64,000 nucleotides of DNA, taken from Yuukianura sp. NJ FZ-2021. Its lineage: Eukaryota. Positions 29,716-44,057 of the stretch are shown here, one piece after another; positions within the stretch are counted from its first letter, which is position 1, and every line of letters starts with the position of its first letter. Both the position numbers and the translations under genes were made by a program. The notes under the pieces are model-generated. The model ran no database searches and had not been told where the DNA came from. It worked only from the letters and a program-made list of their open reading frames with translations. The DNA is taken from positions 11,284,001 through 11,348,000 of the forward strand of contig CM102290.1 in the NCBI GenBank assembly GCA_046563655.1, given 5' to 3'.

Positions 29716-31277
29716 CACTTAAAATGTTCCAAAAGTCAGAGGTGTCAATTAGTCATCTCCTGCTGTTACCATGGTGAGTGGAGTTCGTCGATCCAATGTC
29801 ATGGAATCCCTCTGTCACATGCCTGCTATTTGACACGGGGGTGATCATGGGGTGCGGGGTGAATCATCTTTGTGTGTCAAAACAACCCCCTTCATCCCTT
29901 TCCCTTTCGGTATTCTAAAAATTACTATGCATAGTACCGTAATACGTCTAATAGTGTACTGGTTCTAAAGTGTTTAGTATTGGTGTAACCGGTAGCCAAA
30001 GGCTTCAGGGAATTACGGAGGAACAAGCGTGTTGCATATCCTGTCCGGAAGGAGACAGGATGTTAAGGGACCTCCTCAGCCCTTAAGGCAAGGTGTGGCC
30101 CTTATGAGAATCTTCAAGTATCCACCCATAGATACTGGATATAGCCTTGGCTATTAAGCATCCACTGTCTGTCACTCAAATTCTGGATAAAGATTCTACG
30201 AAACATTCATCCCCCATATTCAAGTTTAATACACATTTTTTCAATCTCATTTCCGATGGAATTCAGAGGTCGTTGACCTTTGAGATTTTGAGTTGACAGT
30301 AAGACAATTAAATTATGCTCACGTTTGTCAAAAAATTTCAGTTTTCGATGACCGCAGTGACCTTGGAATTTACCTGTCTGACAGCTATGACGCTTTCTTC
30401 AATCCTGAAATTGTATAAAAACGCAAAATTCTGATGACTTTGATAGGGATGATGAAACTATTTTTATTTGCCAAATGAAAATGATGAATTCACAGTATCA
30501 AGTGAAATTTCATTTTATGTTTTTGTAACATTTTCGCAAGGTGCAATTTGCAACTTGCAAAATTTTTATTAATGTAGCGTCTTTTTTCCGCGTTTTACAA
30601 ATGTAATATCAAAAGACCAGAAAAACTCACCCCGTCCCTCTTAATTTCCTTTGCGTAATAATTCTATTAAGAAATGACGTGAAGTTTGTAGAAAAAATAT
30701 TGTAAAGGAAATGAAAGTTACCAAATAAAATTACTAAAGTTGTGTACCTAAGTTCTGATGCGAATAATTTTGAATGGTAAAGAACTACTTCTTTTTAAGT
30801 GCATTTTTCGAAGAAGTAACCAAGTAGAACATTTTAAAACTTTTTTTTTACACATTCCAAAAAAATCATCTAAGTTTAGTGAATGATCTTGTAAATCTTG
30901 ATTGAACATTTGACAGGAAAGTTTTACTTTAAGCGTCTATAATGCCTAATAAATATTTTATTACTATACAAAACACATAATTAGATTACATATGCTAGAA
31001 AATAACAATTTATTTGGTATACGCAGTTATAGTTCTAAAGTTCATTACCCAATTCCCACAAACAAGAAAGTTGGATTGCCGCAGGGTACAAAAAAATTCG
31101 CACCACAAACTGCAGAAAATAATGTAATAATTTCTTGTGTACACATCAATCGTCAGTACGTCAGCACTTAAACAGCAGTACAATTTTGGACGATTAGTAT
31201 ATCAAAAGTGATCACTTACATTCTTGTTACATAAATACATACTATATTCTGAAACATAGGACTAACGTACCGGTGTG

Positions 31278-33365
31278 ATGGGGTCAGGTCCCAGTTCCCA
31301 CTCTGAGATGATGGACACTACCAACAAAGTCCGGTTTCTACTCTACTCCAATGCCAAGTTAGCAAAAATTCTTAATTAAAACTTGTTGTTAATTAATTTC
31401 AAATGATGACCTCGATTGACCTTTCTTCCGAAATTCTGTTTCAGTGATGTAGGTCGATATGCAGACATCAGTCAGTGGACTCCCGAAGCAATCCGGATCA
31501 CCAACTACAATGCATTTTTTCCAGTGACGGTGCTGGTCCATGGATTTAACAATACGTTTGAGGGTAGTTTTCTACAGGACACGAAGAACGGTAACAAATA
31601 TGAAATCCATTGCGCAAATTGACTTACATAAACATAGGTTTTAAATCGTGAAAATTTGTACTAAAAAAGAAAAAATAGCAATCAAACCATTTTTATGAAA
31701 AGTTTGTCCAATTTTTCTAGCTCTGTTGCGACAGAAGGTGCAAACGAACGTGGTGATGATGGATTACCGTGATTTTTCTCGTGTTGGTCTCATCAACTAT
31801 CCAGCCGCGTTACCGTACATTCCCGCGCTGGCCCAGCGTCTTACCGACTTCCTTTTGTTTCTTATGTCCAGTGGTCTTCTAAGTGGCCCTCAAAGTGTCC
31901 ATCTCATTGGAGAGTCCCTTGGAGCCCAACTATGCGCCCTTGCCGGAAAAAGTATCCAACAAATCACGAAATCCAAAATCATGAGGATCAGCGGACTGGA
32001 TCCAGCAGGTTTAGTCTATTCGTTAAATTTTGAAAAGTTTTTTTTTTAATTTTAAATTCTCATTTTTGACATGACCTTGATAGGACCCCTGTTTCAAGGC
32101 GAAACGGAAAAAGTACGCTTGTGTCCCACTGATGCCACGTTCGTTGATGTCGTGCACTCCAACGAAGGACGACTCGGATACCGTGGATCCTGTGGCATGG
32201 TGGACTTTTACCTTAACGGTAATTTGAAAACCAATTTTCAGAAAAAAGTGTTGCGAACTTTTTCAAAAGTTCAGGTTTTGGCTTTTTTTTCGTCTTTTCA
32301 ATTTTGTTTTGTAAATGTTAGGTGGTGGTCCAATTCAACCGAAATACAAGGAGAACCATGACCCAGGATGGCTGGGATTAGATCGTAAGTGGCTTGACCT
32401 TTGACCTCGTGACCTCTTGGAGCCAGTTTATCTTAATGCTCAAACCACAACTATAAAAATGGTGTTGGTTGTATCGTTTGATCTAGGAGATGACTTGAGT
32501 CATGCCTTTTCCGTCGAACTCTTTACGGAAACCATCCAGAAGAAAGTTTACTACGGTTGTGGATGTTTTGACGGAAAAAAAACTTGCGAGACCTTTGACC
32601 TTCTGCCACTGTCCTGCACCAATCACGTTCTCTTCGGCTACTACACGCCCAAAACGTACGTTGCATTTCATTTTTCACCCGCCCGCGGTGGCTCAATTCG
32701 TAAGCATGATCAATTCGTAAGCATTGCCAATTCGTAAGCAAATCTTTTCCTAAGCTTGGGTTTTCGTTTTTTCTCGAAATTTTGAGAATAAGGTTTCCAC
32801 CATACTGAAAAGCAGTTTTAGCCAAATATGTCATGTTACGCCCACAATTATCAAATAGTTTCCAACTTTGGGTTCTTTTTTCATAATGTTTTAATTTCAA
32901 AATTTTGAAATTGAAATAGGTTATGAAGCTTACGAAATGACTGCTTACGAATTGAACTTGCTTACGAATTGAACGTGCTGACGAATTGCCGGTATACGAA
33001 ATCGCGCTTACGAATTCACCTGGATATGCCTAAGCATAACCTACCCTAACCCTAACTTAGGTGACTAACCTAAAATCTGATGAAGCAAAGCTGCTCTTTG
33101 AAAAAGTTTCTTTTTTTTCGAAATTTCGGTTTCAAAAGTTTTCGAGGTTTAAGTTGGATTATGTTACCTAAAACCGATTGATTTTGTTGAATTGAAAAGA
33201 TTTGAAACGGAACACCCTCACACTTTTCTTAGTCAAATTTTGTTTTACTTTTAGGAGAAAGTAGATGCCAAAACTTTTCTCTTTACTTTTTTTCCAAATT
33301 GCAGAACACGAGGGGAGTTCTATGTTCGAGCCTATGTGGAACCTGAAAGGAAAAGTGAAAGTTGA
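31278..33365 (+). CDS. Pancreatic-lipase-family lipase / phospholipase A1-like
   Basis: VLVHGF; nucleophile elbow VHLIGESLGAQ; RISGLDPAG; DATFVDVVHS; VDFYLNGG; LSH; C-terminal RGEFYV. Seven exons at about 31278-31357, 31445-31591, 31721-32008, 32084-32218, 32322-32384, 32487-32655 and 33305-33365. Confidence 0.88.
32687..33020. mobile_element. Foldback MITE-like element in the last lipase intron
   Basis: Three copies of CAATTCGTAAGCA on the left; several inverted GCTTACGAATT copies on the right; followed by TAACC-like repeats. Confidence 0.7.
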
Positions 33366-36300
33366 TTCAAAATGGAACGGAGGCTTTCAGCGCCAACGAA
33401 CCTTCTTAATGCGGAGTTGGAAAAACCAAAAGATTCAATTCCCACTTTTATTTGGTCGTAAACTAAAATAGATAAACTATTTGTCTCGAGTCATATCCCC
33501 TTCTAAGATTTCGTTTAAGTCCAAAGCTAAGGGGTCAGGGACCCTTACTAACTTTGTCTCCAGGGCTCCAGAAGAGGCTTGCAGGAACTTTGTGTATTTG
33601 TGGTGGACCACTTAATTAAAGCCACTTCAGATTAACTTTCTCTTACACCAGTTTCAAAAGCTAAAGACAGGGAAAAGTTTTACACAAATTAAGGACTCGT
33701 CTAATAGGAGTTGATTGTCCGGAAATGATTAAAGCGGCAAACCCCAAACGCAATTTCTCAGTTTCAAAATTTGGAGAAGTAAACCAATTTCGTAGTTTCA
33801 AAATTTTCAAAAAACTAACCGAGTTTCCGGAGTTAAATTCTGAGAGCTTCCGGGTTCTCCAGAATTCTATTTCCTAGTTGCACTAATAAAATTTTGCAAA
33901 ATGCAAAATGAACAGCAATTTGGAGGGGAAAAAAGTTGTTTAGGGAAAACAAAATTTTGTTTTGGTTTTGTTTTTTAAACGTTTCAATTCCAAGTCGAAG
34001 TTCTCGGGTTTTATGTTCGATGAGTCACAAAGTGCTTCGTTTTTAGTACACTCCGGGCTAAGCTATTAAGTGAGCTTAGCCCAAGCCAAAAAGTCAGCTT
34101 ACAACGTTATAGTTCATTTTAAAAATAGGAGTTCTGGAGGGGGCGGAGCTTAGATCATATTCGAAGTATAAGTCATGTGACCTAAGCTCCGCCTCTTTAA
34201 GCTCTACACTGACAAAAACGTAGTATAACGTTGGAAAATGTGAGTAAGACGATAGGCCCCTCCAGTGACATTTTCTCTTTACTGGTTTAAGTTGTCTTTT
34301 CCATTTTGTAAATCGGATCAGCACAGACTTGGTTGCATTTTATTTGGTTCAACTTCTTAACAAAAAAAGCATCCGCTTTTTTTTAGACATTGAAAGCTGC
34401 TGTTCTATCTTTCGGAAAAAAAAACTACTAGCGAAGATTGGTGTAAAAAGATCCCCCTTTCTCTCAAAAAGTATCTGTTTTAAAAAAAGTTAGTGAAAAG
34501 TTGTTTTTTTTTTCTAAAAAAAAGTTTCTATAAAAAATAAGAGAGATACCGAAAAGTCAACATCCTCTATATAGCTTAGCTGCATTTCAGTAACTTCCTA
34601 AGCGTAAAAATTTTTTGGCAGAGGGTAACACAATATCCGCAACAAAAAAAAAACAAAAATGAAACGCGCGAAAGAAACTGGACACTTTGAAAATAATTTG
34701 AACTGAGTGGTGCTTTGGGGCTGGAATGGTTTTCTGGACACTTTCCTGGATATGATTTTTCTGGAACTAGAACTGTAGTATATAACGTAACATTTTCTTA
34801 GCCTTTGGACGTTAAGTGTCACGGATGCCTTAGAGGACGAGACATGCGGAGCCTCTCGTGAAACAGTGTTAGGGGAAACTACAAGGACGAAGACAGGAAG
34901 AGGGTGGACATGTCTTTCGAGGACGTTTGACCTTCGCTATGCGTTTCCTTGACCTACCAGCTTTCTTTTCTTAAAGCGGTAGGACTATGCAATAGTTTAG
35001 TCTGGCTGGAAAATACAAAAAGAAAGTGCGGCGTGTAAAAAACTACAAACTGGAAGAAGTTTTTGAAAGTTGGTCTCAATTTTTTGGATTTTAGGGAGAA
35101 ATGGAGAAGGCGGATAATGTTCGGCAACATGCCAATTCAAAACGGATTTGGAACTTGCAGGAACTTGGATTCGTTGCTGTCTGTTTCTTTTTTGTGTGTT
35201 TTGCTGTTGTGCCTAACATAATACAAAAGATACGATCCATTTTCTCTTCTTTGCTTTCACTTTTCAAAACAAATTGGAAGACATAACATGTCTAATTGTG
35301 GCCAAAATATGAATAAAAACCAACCAACCACAAAACCATTTTTATGTCATGTTTTCCAAAAAAAAAAAAAATGCGCCGAACCGTTTTGCTTTTTTTTAAC
35401 CTTGCATTTTCGTGAAATGTAAAAAAAAAAAAACGAACTACAAAAAATACGTTTTTCAAAATTCTGTTTTTTGTTGGGTTAAAAAATCACAGACTTAACG
35501 GCTGCAAATCTAGGTTTTAGTGCATAGCAAGAAAGGAAAGTTTTTTTTGCTTCGAAATTCAATATGCGTAGACAGACTAATGTGAAAGTGAAACTTTCTT
35601 CCTGCTCATAAAATCCCTGCTTCCGAATAACTAAAAAAAAGTGCACATTCACTGCGGAAGTTGTAAGTGTCGTGTAGTAGCGTAGTGAGTAAAGTTTTGG
35701 GTCAATCTCATAAAAGTAAACAAAAGTTGTATTTTTTACTCATTTTTCGAGTACTACTCTACTTTTTCTAAAAAAAAGTAGGAGGAAAAACGTTTCTTTA
35801 AAAACTACAAACCTCTGTAAGTACTCCCAAAGTGTGTTTTTACTCCTGCAGTACCCCAAGTCCATCTAAACTCAAAACTGTTGACTTTTTCTAAATTCCT
35901 CCAATTCCACTTTTTTTTTTGTTTTGTGTGTAGCTTTTTAAAATCGTTTGTGGTGGCTGTGGGATGAAGAAACCTCTTCTTCCGGAATGGTTTTATGGTT
36001 CTTCCACTTCCCGTCCAGATTTTCCGGCAGTATCATCCTCATCCCTCGGCTATGTAATAGCAGCCACTGGAACTTAAGCATCAACATCCTGGTGCTGGAG
36101 TATCAGAAGACCTGGAACCGTGGACTGGAACTGGATAGCCTTGGAAGACGAGAATGTTGCTGGAAAAACAAGGGGTGGGAGACATTGTAGTAAAGGCGGG
36201 AAAGCGTCATTCATCTCAATTGAAGCAGAAAATTCAAATGGGCTTTCACTTTGCTCCACTTTCTGAGCCACTAATTAGTTCCCATCATCCTCCGCCTAAG

Positions 36301-36382
36301 CCACATTCGCCCAACAGATGCCGCTTCAACGTATCAAGGACAGGGAGGCTGACACTGATGCTCATCCAGCATTCCCGGACGT

Positions 36383-36613
36383 TTCTGGACGGACAGTTAT
36401 GGACGACTGCGCTCATGGACGAGCGACCGTCCATTGCTATACCGAAGTGTTATTTCTGAAGGCCATCGTTCCCAGAGGCTTAAGTTAGCTGATGCAAACG
36501 TTATTGATGTCCTTCATTGATATCCGTCCATGGTTCATTGATATCCGTCCATTTTATATTTTCGTCCATGAGCCTTCTTCCGTCCATGACAGTCTGGATA
36601 CGTCCATCCAGAA
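36383..36613. mobile_element. Foldback MITE-like element
   Basis: Nested inverted repeats: TTCTGGACGGAC/GTCCATCCAGAA, and a perfect GCTCATGGACGA (36411-36422) / TCGTCCATGAGC (36562-36573). Internal duplicate TTCATTGATATCCGTCCAT. Confidence 0.55.
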
Positions 36614-39339
36614 GCTGATAGATACACATGAAGGGGTTAGAAGAACAGTGAAAGCCTTCCTTCTGAATAGAAATGACCCTGATTTAAGGGTGTACTTTGG
36701 AAGTCGATACTTTTTGGATGTAGGGTGCAGTGCCCTTAAACATCATGGCATAAGTGACTACACACCTGAAAGTAATGGCTTTCCATTGGTTTCTCTGTTC
36801 TTTACAAAAGAAATCGTTTATGACCCCTTGGCACCCTATGTTCTCTCTCCTCCAGGAAGTCAACGGAACCTTATCTCACGCTAATAGTCTCCATTCACTT
36901 TCACTCTTCACGATCACAGCCTTCCCTTTCACAACGTCACTTCTCACTCCTTCACTTCCTCTCTTAAGCAGATGATGAGATGCTTTCACTTCAATTTTCT
37001 CATTTCATTGACTCCTGATGACTTTCATAATTTAAAAATTTCAAACAACAGAACTCGGGAAAAACGTATGTGAATAAAGTCAAACCTAAAGTTAAGTGGG
37101 AACATGAGAGCTAATCGATTTCTAATGTTTTGGACACAGTGATTTACAGCCTCGAAAGTAAACTCTGTACAGAATTGAAAAGTGTAAGTTTTAAAAAAAA
37201 AGTGACAGTTTTTAATCAAAACCTTGGATTTTTCAAAATTTCAGTTCAGCTTAGCACGTGACTGTCCAGGGTCCAAGCTGTTGAAGATCCAGTCGACCGT
37301 AGAAATGGAACTTTGTAACTTTTGTTGAATTGGAATTTTTGGTTCTACTGCGTCATAAAATCTATAGGAATTGGATGTCATCAAAATGTCTTTCTCGTTG
37401 GATGGACAGTTACTTTTTGAACAAGGACGTTCCAGGAACTGGGACTCTCTGGAGGTACATTCTGTGCTGGAGAAGAGCATCCGTTTCCAAGACAACGGAA
37501 ATGAAATTAGAGAAAAATGAAGGCTTTAGGAAGAGATAGAGTGTCCAACCAATGCGAAATGATGAAATTCCGGGTGATCATTTGATTGTTTTTGTTCAAT
37601 GGTGCGCACCGAAACGTTCAAGTTCATCAATCACGACTAAACATTGTGTGCAGCACAGCCTTACATAAAAACAAAAGTTCTGGAGGTTTACCTTGGTGGC
37701 AAGGTCACAGCAAGGTAAATACATTCCTGATGGGAAAACTTTTGGAAATTACTTTGTAACAACATTGTGTACAAAGTGAACGCTTTGTGCTCAGTGTGAG
37801 AAAATTAATCAAAAATTTTGAAAACAATTTCAACACGAGAGTGAAAAGTTGTTGTTCCGTGTGTCATTACCAAACTCGCATGACCTTTGACCTTCGTCGT
37901 ATTCTTCAATACAAGTGGGTAGCAGTCATAAAAGACTAACTTGATTTGACTGCTGTGTGGCTTCACCAAACATAATTTTATTGAAGTGTTTTTTGTCAAA
38001 AAAAGTGATGACTTTCGCAATTTTAAAAACAATTTCTAACATTTCTAATTCTAAAAGTTTACCATCAAAAACAAACTTTTGTGGTGGATGAATTGCGAAA
38101 TTTTTGAATGTTAAGGGCAAACCTTGAACTAGAAAAATTGTTAATTAGGAATGCCGAAATGACATAAAGTGGTTAATTGGAAATTATGGCGGGAAATCCA
38201 AAACTGTTATTTCCATTTTGCCACAAAGTTGTTAGTGGATTAACGTGGATCTATAAATTCCAGAAACTGGATCATGATGGATACAGTTTTGACCTTGGTC
38301 TTTGTATGTTATGACTAGAATGCATTAGGGGGATGTTCTGGTGGGACATGTGGCCGTGAATTGTGTAGAGTGGCATCGCTGATGGATGTTTCCTGGAACA
38401 GAACAGCGTGTGAGTAGAACAGCGTCCATGATTTCTCTCACGACTGCAGCAGCACCGCTGTTGGTCCTCGTCCTACTTTGCCCCACCATCAACCAACTTT
38501 TTTTCAAAACGAAATTCTGGAGAGAAAATTCAAAATTCGTTTATTTCGTTTATTCATTTTCCATGTTTGTCTTTGTTACAAGTTCGTTTTGGTTTAACTT
38601 TTCCCAGCGAAGGGCCATAGTCGTTAATTCTAGCCGATGGGACAGGACACATAATGTTTTAGTCTCCAAAGACTCTCTTCATGTAACAACAAACAGAAAT
38701 TATGGAATGTTGACCTTGCCAAAAACGAAAAAAAAACTGCTTTTTTGATTTTTTTTTGAATTTCCGCGCTGTTTCTGACGCATACAAGTTCCTCTTATCT
38801 TCTTGGCAAGCGCTGAAAATTGTTTCCTTTGCAACATTTTTAATTTAAGAGAAAGTCGAAAGGACTTTCCAATTTTTTTCAACTTTTAGCACTCAAGACA
38901 AGTTATAATCTAATTACGTTAATTACGAAATACAATTTCAACAATTTGGTAAATACAAAAATGTTTCGGCGCCAAAGGTCTCCAAGTTCAAATTTTCCAA
39001 AACTCACCAAATTTCTCCGATTTCAGGTACTGAATTCGCTAATTGGCTTTGTCAACTTTCCATTTTCCAAAATACACTTTCACTCCATTAGTTTCAGCAT
39101 AATTAACACCTTGTTGAAATACACATGTTAGGGTAAAGTAATTAGTAATTACATAGTAATTAAGTAATTAGTAATTCAATTCGAGTGGTTAAATTTATAT
39201 ATTAAATGCAAGTAGAGAAATAGAATGTGCTCATTAGAGCGTCCAGAAACTACGTGATCCCTTAAATTGGCTCATGAGTTTCAAGTGACCGATAAAGGTC
39301 ACCTGACCAAGTAATACTCGAGGTCATAGCTTAAAATCA

Positions 39340-39407
39340 CTTAACACTGGCGCCATTTTTAAATTTTTCTTAACACTTTTAACATTGGCGCCATTTTTAA
39401 ATTTTTG
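39340..39407. repeat. Short direct duplication, about 28 bp
   Basis: TTAACA(C/T)TGGCGCCATTTTTAAATTTT occurs twice. Confidence 0.7.
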
Positions 39408-39634
39408 AACAGGAGCTCAAAAGGGCCTGTCCAAATTGTGGGAAAATTTAAAGTTGAGACGTCACGTACTTATTCAATTTAGATCAAAATTCTTGCAGAA
39501 TTTTTGTCACGTGTTTTTCCAACTCCCATTTGGGTGAATTCTGGGAAATTTTGGGAAAATTCTAGGGAAAGTTAGAAGGAATTTGGAGTTGAGACGTGAT
39601 GTAACTGTGGAGTTTGGTTAAATGGCTGGAAAAT

Positions 39635-42600
39635 TCAAAGTTGGGACGTTGTCGGGGGCAGGGTATAAACGAGCGTTTGTTGTCTTTGAATCAGTGAGGA
39701 TTTGGTGTTATTGGATGAGGGGTAGGTCAGCTGACTTCGGACTTGGGCCCTTGGGCCACAAGGGAGCAGGGCTTTAAACGCCCTTCGGAATTTGACGTTG
39801 AGGAATGCATACAGGATTGGATTAATCGACGAATTGGAGGAGCCAAGCCATTGGGCAATCGGTGTCAAGACTTCGAACAGTTCAGCTTCTGCGTTGCTAA
39901 AAGCTGACCCCAGCTTGACCCTAGCGAAGAGTAGGTACAGGGGGAGCCAACTGAGCAGAAAGACGAAAACGACGACGATGAGCATCCGCAGAACGCCGAC
40001 TTTTGCCTTGTGATGGATCTTGGTGAGGTTGAGATTTGGAGCTGAGTCGTCAGTGGGAACGTGACGACGCAAAACGCGAGCCCAGATGAGTACGTAGCAG
40101 AGGGAGATTCCGGAGAGTGGGAAGAGGTAGCAGAGACAAAGGTTGCCGAGGAGGAAGTACAAAGTGCCGTCGAAAGATGGTGGCCATTGTTCGGTGCAGA
40201 ATTCCCACGTAGGAGCCAGTTCGTAGCCACGCTCGATGTCAAAAACCATGATTGAAGGTGAGGCGAGCGTCGCTGCAGCCACCCAGATCAGCACAATGAT
40301 CACCCGAGCTCGTCGTTTCGTTAACCCGCGGCCAAGAGGGTACCAAATCGCTATGAATCTGCAAATAAAAGTGACCGGTTTGCGATAAGTCAAAGTCGTA
40401 AGTAGGTCAAACGTGTTAGACCCTTGAAATACCTAACGCGCTTTGGTCAGCTGACTTTTGGTATCAGCTGAACGTTGGTCTGCGCGTATATCAGCTGGTT
40501 TGACCATAGCTAACCGTTAGCTACAGAGCAGAGCTTGTTTGACCATTGAAAATTTGAGCAGTTAGCTTGTGCCAATTGTCGTCCAAGCACAAGCTGTCAT
40601 TGCATTGGTCGCTAGCGCTACGTTATACGTCACTCGTTGCATCGGTGGTTACGACATTATTCAGCGGTAAATTGAAACATAGCTATGTAGCCAGTCATAA
40701 ACTCGAACGCGATGACATTTCTAACAGTGAATTTGATAACGACAATATAAGAGGCACGATGACCTTTGACCTTACCTGTCAAGAGACACTGCAACAAGCG
40801 AGTAGACTGAAGCGCAGACAGAGACTCCTTGAATATATGGCACCAACTTGCACATGACCTTTCCCAGGACCCAAGCTGTTCAAAAACAAAAACAAAATCG
40901 AAATCAAAACCTTCAAAAATCAAAAATCGGCGCTCTTACTTAGCCAAAAACAAAACAATAAAAAAGAGCATAGCCTAGCCCGCCTTCGGTTGGGAAACGC
41001 TGCTTTTGTATTTTGTGACACACAATAACGTGACACAGTCACTGTGTGGTTACATTATGACCACAATCGAACAGTAGTAGGGCTGGGCAGTCTGCCAAGG
41101 ATTTGCATTTCCACTGTTGACATTCCCTTGGTCCACCATTGGTCTAATGCTGTACTGGAAGCACTTTGCTCCAGAAGTTGTCATCCGTCGAAGCCAAAGG
41201 GAAGATCCACGAGCGGTAAAAATTGAAAAATGGGCAACCGGGAAGAAAGGGCCTCCGAAACAGTTACTCTTCCCTCCGCCGCCTTCTTCCGTTCTCACTT
41301 TGCCCCACTTTCACCCACCAAGGTCACCGCCATGACTTAAAAGTAAGCGTGAGGACTTGACCTACTTCACTACCAAACTCACTTCAACCAATCCGAAGAC
41401 ACCTTAAGGCCTCTCCAAACTTACGCACCAAGGCCCATGAATTGATAAAATTGTTCACTTTGAGATAAATCATGACCCGACATAACGCTACTAGCATCGT
41501 AGCTTCAGAAATTGGACGGCGACAAGGGCCCTTAAGGGCTTTTGAAACTGACACATTAAGGGTCCTTAACCATGTCAATGATGTACATCAATTTTTCGCG
41601 CGGTTTCATGCGATTGGTTCAAATTATTTGGACCATTGGATCACAAGCACAAGGCTCCAAAAAAGTAGATAAGAAAACCCAATTTCAAATCGAAATTTTA
41701 CTGTCTTAATTTTTTCAAAAGTGACGCTTACTGGCTAAATTTCTTGAAAATGGAGTTAAATGCGTTTTTAGATTTGTAATTAAGATGACATTTTTTGAAG
41801 TTTTGAAAATTTTTAATCTTTTCAAAGCACTTATGGCCGAAACCTTGAAATTTTAGGTTTCCATAAAAATTTATTTCCGTAAAAGTCAGCAACGAGTGGT
41901 TTTACTACCCAAAAAATGATTTTTGTCTCATATGAGATCTCTTAAAAAAAGAAGTTTTTGTCGACAGTAACAACTTTCTCCTCGGTTTTTTTTTTCTGAA
42001 AAAGAGGAGAAAGTTGGACCTCAGAAATCAAAGTCCAACTTATCATCATCGTCAGTTCTCCCTGTGAAATAGAAAAAGCTAAGAGTCTGTTAGGTTAACC
42101 TAATAGGTTGCGTAGGACGTAAGGTTAAACCTATACTAGGTTATGCAATTCCATAAATTAGGTTATGCTTTTTGATCTCTTGACCGCCAGAAAGAGTACC
42201 ACTACTCCACTTTTGCATCACTCGACCCTATTACACAAAGTAAATGATGAGTCGTAACTTTTACATTTCCCATTATACTTTGTGCAGTTATACTTCCGAG
42301 ATGGAGGAAAATTCCCATTTGAATTTCTCCAAACAACTTTTTTCTACTTTTGTCAATTGGCTACTTCGGCTACTGGCTCTTCTGGACACAAAAGTCGCCT
42401 AGACATAATCACTTTGCCCCAATTTTTGATTCTGGATTTGCACTTTTTTGGTAATAACTGCCGCCGTTGGGAAACCCCGCGTAACCCACACTTTTTTTTA
42501 GAATAAAGTTAAAAAAAAGGTTTTACTTCTGGAAAAAATTCAAAAAAGAGTCCTGCCGTGAACGAGACTTTTGATTTTTATGACTCTGTAACTTTTTGAA

Positions 42601-44057
42601 CTTGAAATTTCAACTTGACCCAGAAATTAAAACAACGGGAACACAGTTCACCACATTACCACACAACTATCGAGTGTCGTCTGTGAAAAAAACAATGGAA
42701 ATTGAACAGAAAAAGAATAAAATAGTTTGAAAAAAAAACTAGACAGAGAAGAACATTTATGCGATGGAGCGGAAGGATTTTTTTAGTAGTTTAGAAAATC
42801 CTCTTCTTTTTTTTGAACAGAACCAGAATTTGTTGGAATTTTATTACAGTGACACTATACAACCGACACTGAATGTGCTGGACTTGAGACTACTGGTCTG
42901 TGTTCAAATAATTTCACATTTAAAAAAAATGTCAGTGAATTTTCGACAGAAAGACAAAAAAATTTTTTTTTTAAATAAGAGCATTATTTGCCTAAGGCTT
43001 CTTCTTTGACTTTGAAATTTTTGCATTTTTAAATTTTAGAATCCGGAATTTTTTCAATCCCAAAATTTTGGACTACAAAGAATTTAATGAATGTTTCTGC
43101 CACGGAAGTGAACTAATTTATTAATTAAAGAATTTAATTTTTCTGCTTGATCATTAAACTGTAACAAAATATTTTCGACATCCAAAAAAAATCCGAATTT
43201 TTGTTAAGTATCTTTTATATTGAATAAAATAAAACCAAAACTAAAAAAAAGTCATCTTTTCCTTAAATATAGACACTGAAGTTTGTGTGGGATTTAGTTG
43301 GAATTACACATCATACATGGCAAAAGTGAGTATAAACCAAGAGTTTAATGAAACATGAAAAAATTTAAACAAAAGAGACACAAAATTTTTTTTTAATTTT
43401 TTTCAAAAAGAGCTTTGTCACTTAAAAAGTAATGGATGTCAGAGCACAACAGAAAGATACACAAAAAACAACTATTTGAGAGTCTAAGAAGGAAACTTTG
43501 AATATAAATTAGAAATCTCCCAACAAAAAATGCAAAAATCACGAACATCTTCCTGAAATGAAGTTCTATGCAAATTTGAAAATTGAACAAAACTTTCCAC
43601 CAGAAGATGAAAAGTTCAAACAACAAAAATAGTCTTTCCTTAAGCATTCACAAAAATAGGTTTAAGAGGTCAAAGGTCAACAGAGGTCAAGAATCAAAAC
43701 AGCATAAAGGTCACATGTCAAATGCTTACGAATGATGATGTTGGAGACTAGTGTAGGTGGTAGACAGAAGAGGATGACCAGTAGGTCAGCCACTGCCAAA
43801 TTCAATATGAACAGGTACGTTACGGACGAGCGGAATCGTGGAGAGCCAATCACAACGAAGACGACCAAAGTGTTTCCCACGAGACCCACCGTGAAAATCA
43901 GACCGTAAACAATAGTCAAAATGACGCTGAGCGGTAGAGCGTGTCTGAAGATGGACATGTCAGTTGGTTGAATGACTTCCGCAGAGTGTGACATCATGTC
44001 CTGACCTCCTAGTGACCTACTGGTTCCTCCGGGGTCAATTCCTGTCACTTCGTCCAT
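39635..44057 (-). CDS. Class A neuropeptide GPCR, SIFamide/NPFF-receptor-like
   Basis: Exon 1 FRH...VGLVGNTLV...[22 protein letters not shown]; exon 2 (about 40776-40877) [33 protein letters not shown]; exon 3 FIAIWYPL...SWLPLY...[24 protein letters not shown]. Confidence 0.85.

Noticed and set aside
29346..29844. ORFs with a repeated RPECPSVCMPSVVVPYVST peptide
   Set aside because: A by-product of the 51-bp DNA duplication, with no splice or homology support.
33036..33075. Interstitial telomeric (TTAGG)n array
   Set aside because: Only a few imperfect units, and similar TAACC words are scattered through the introns.
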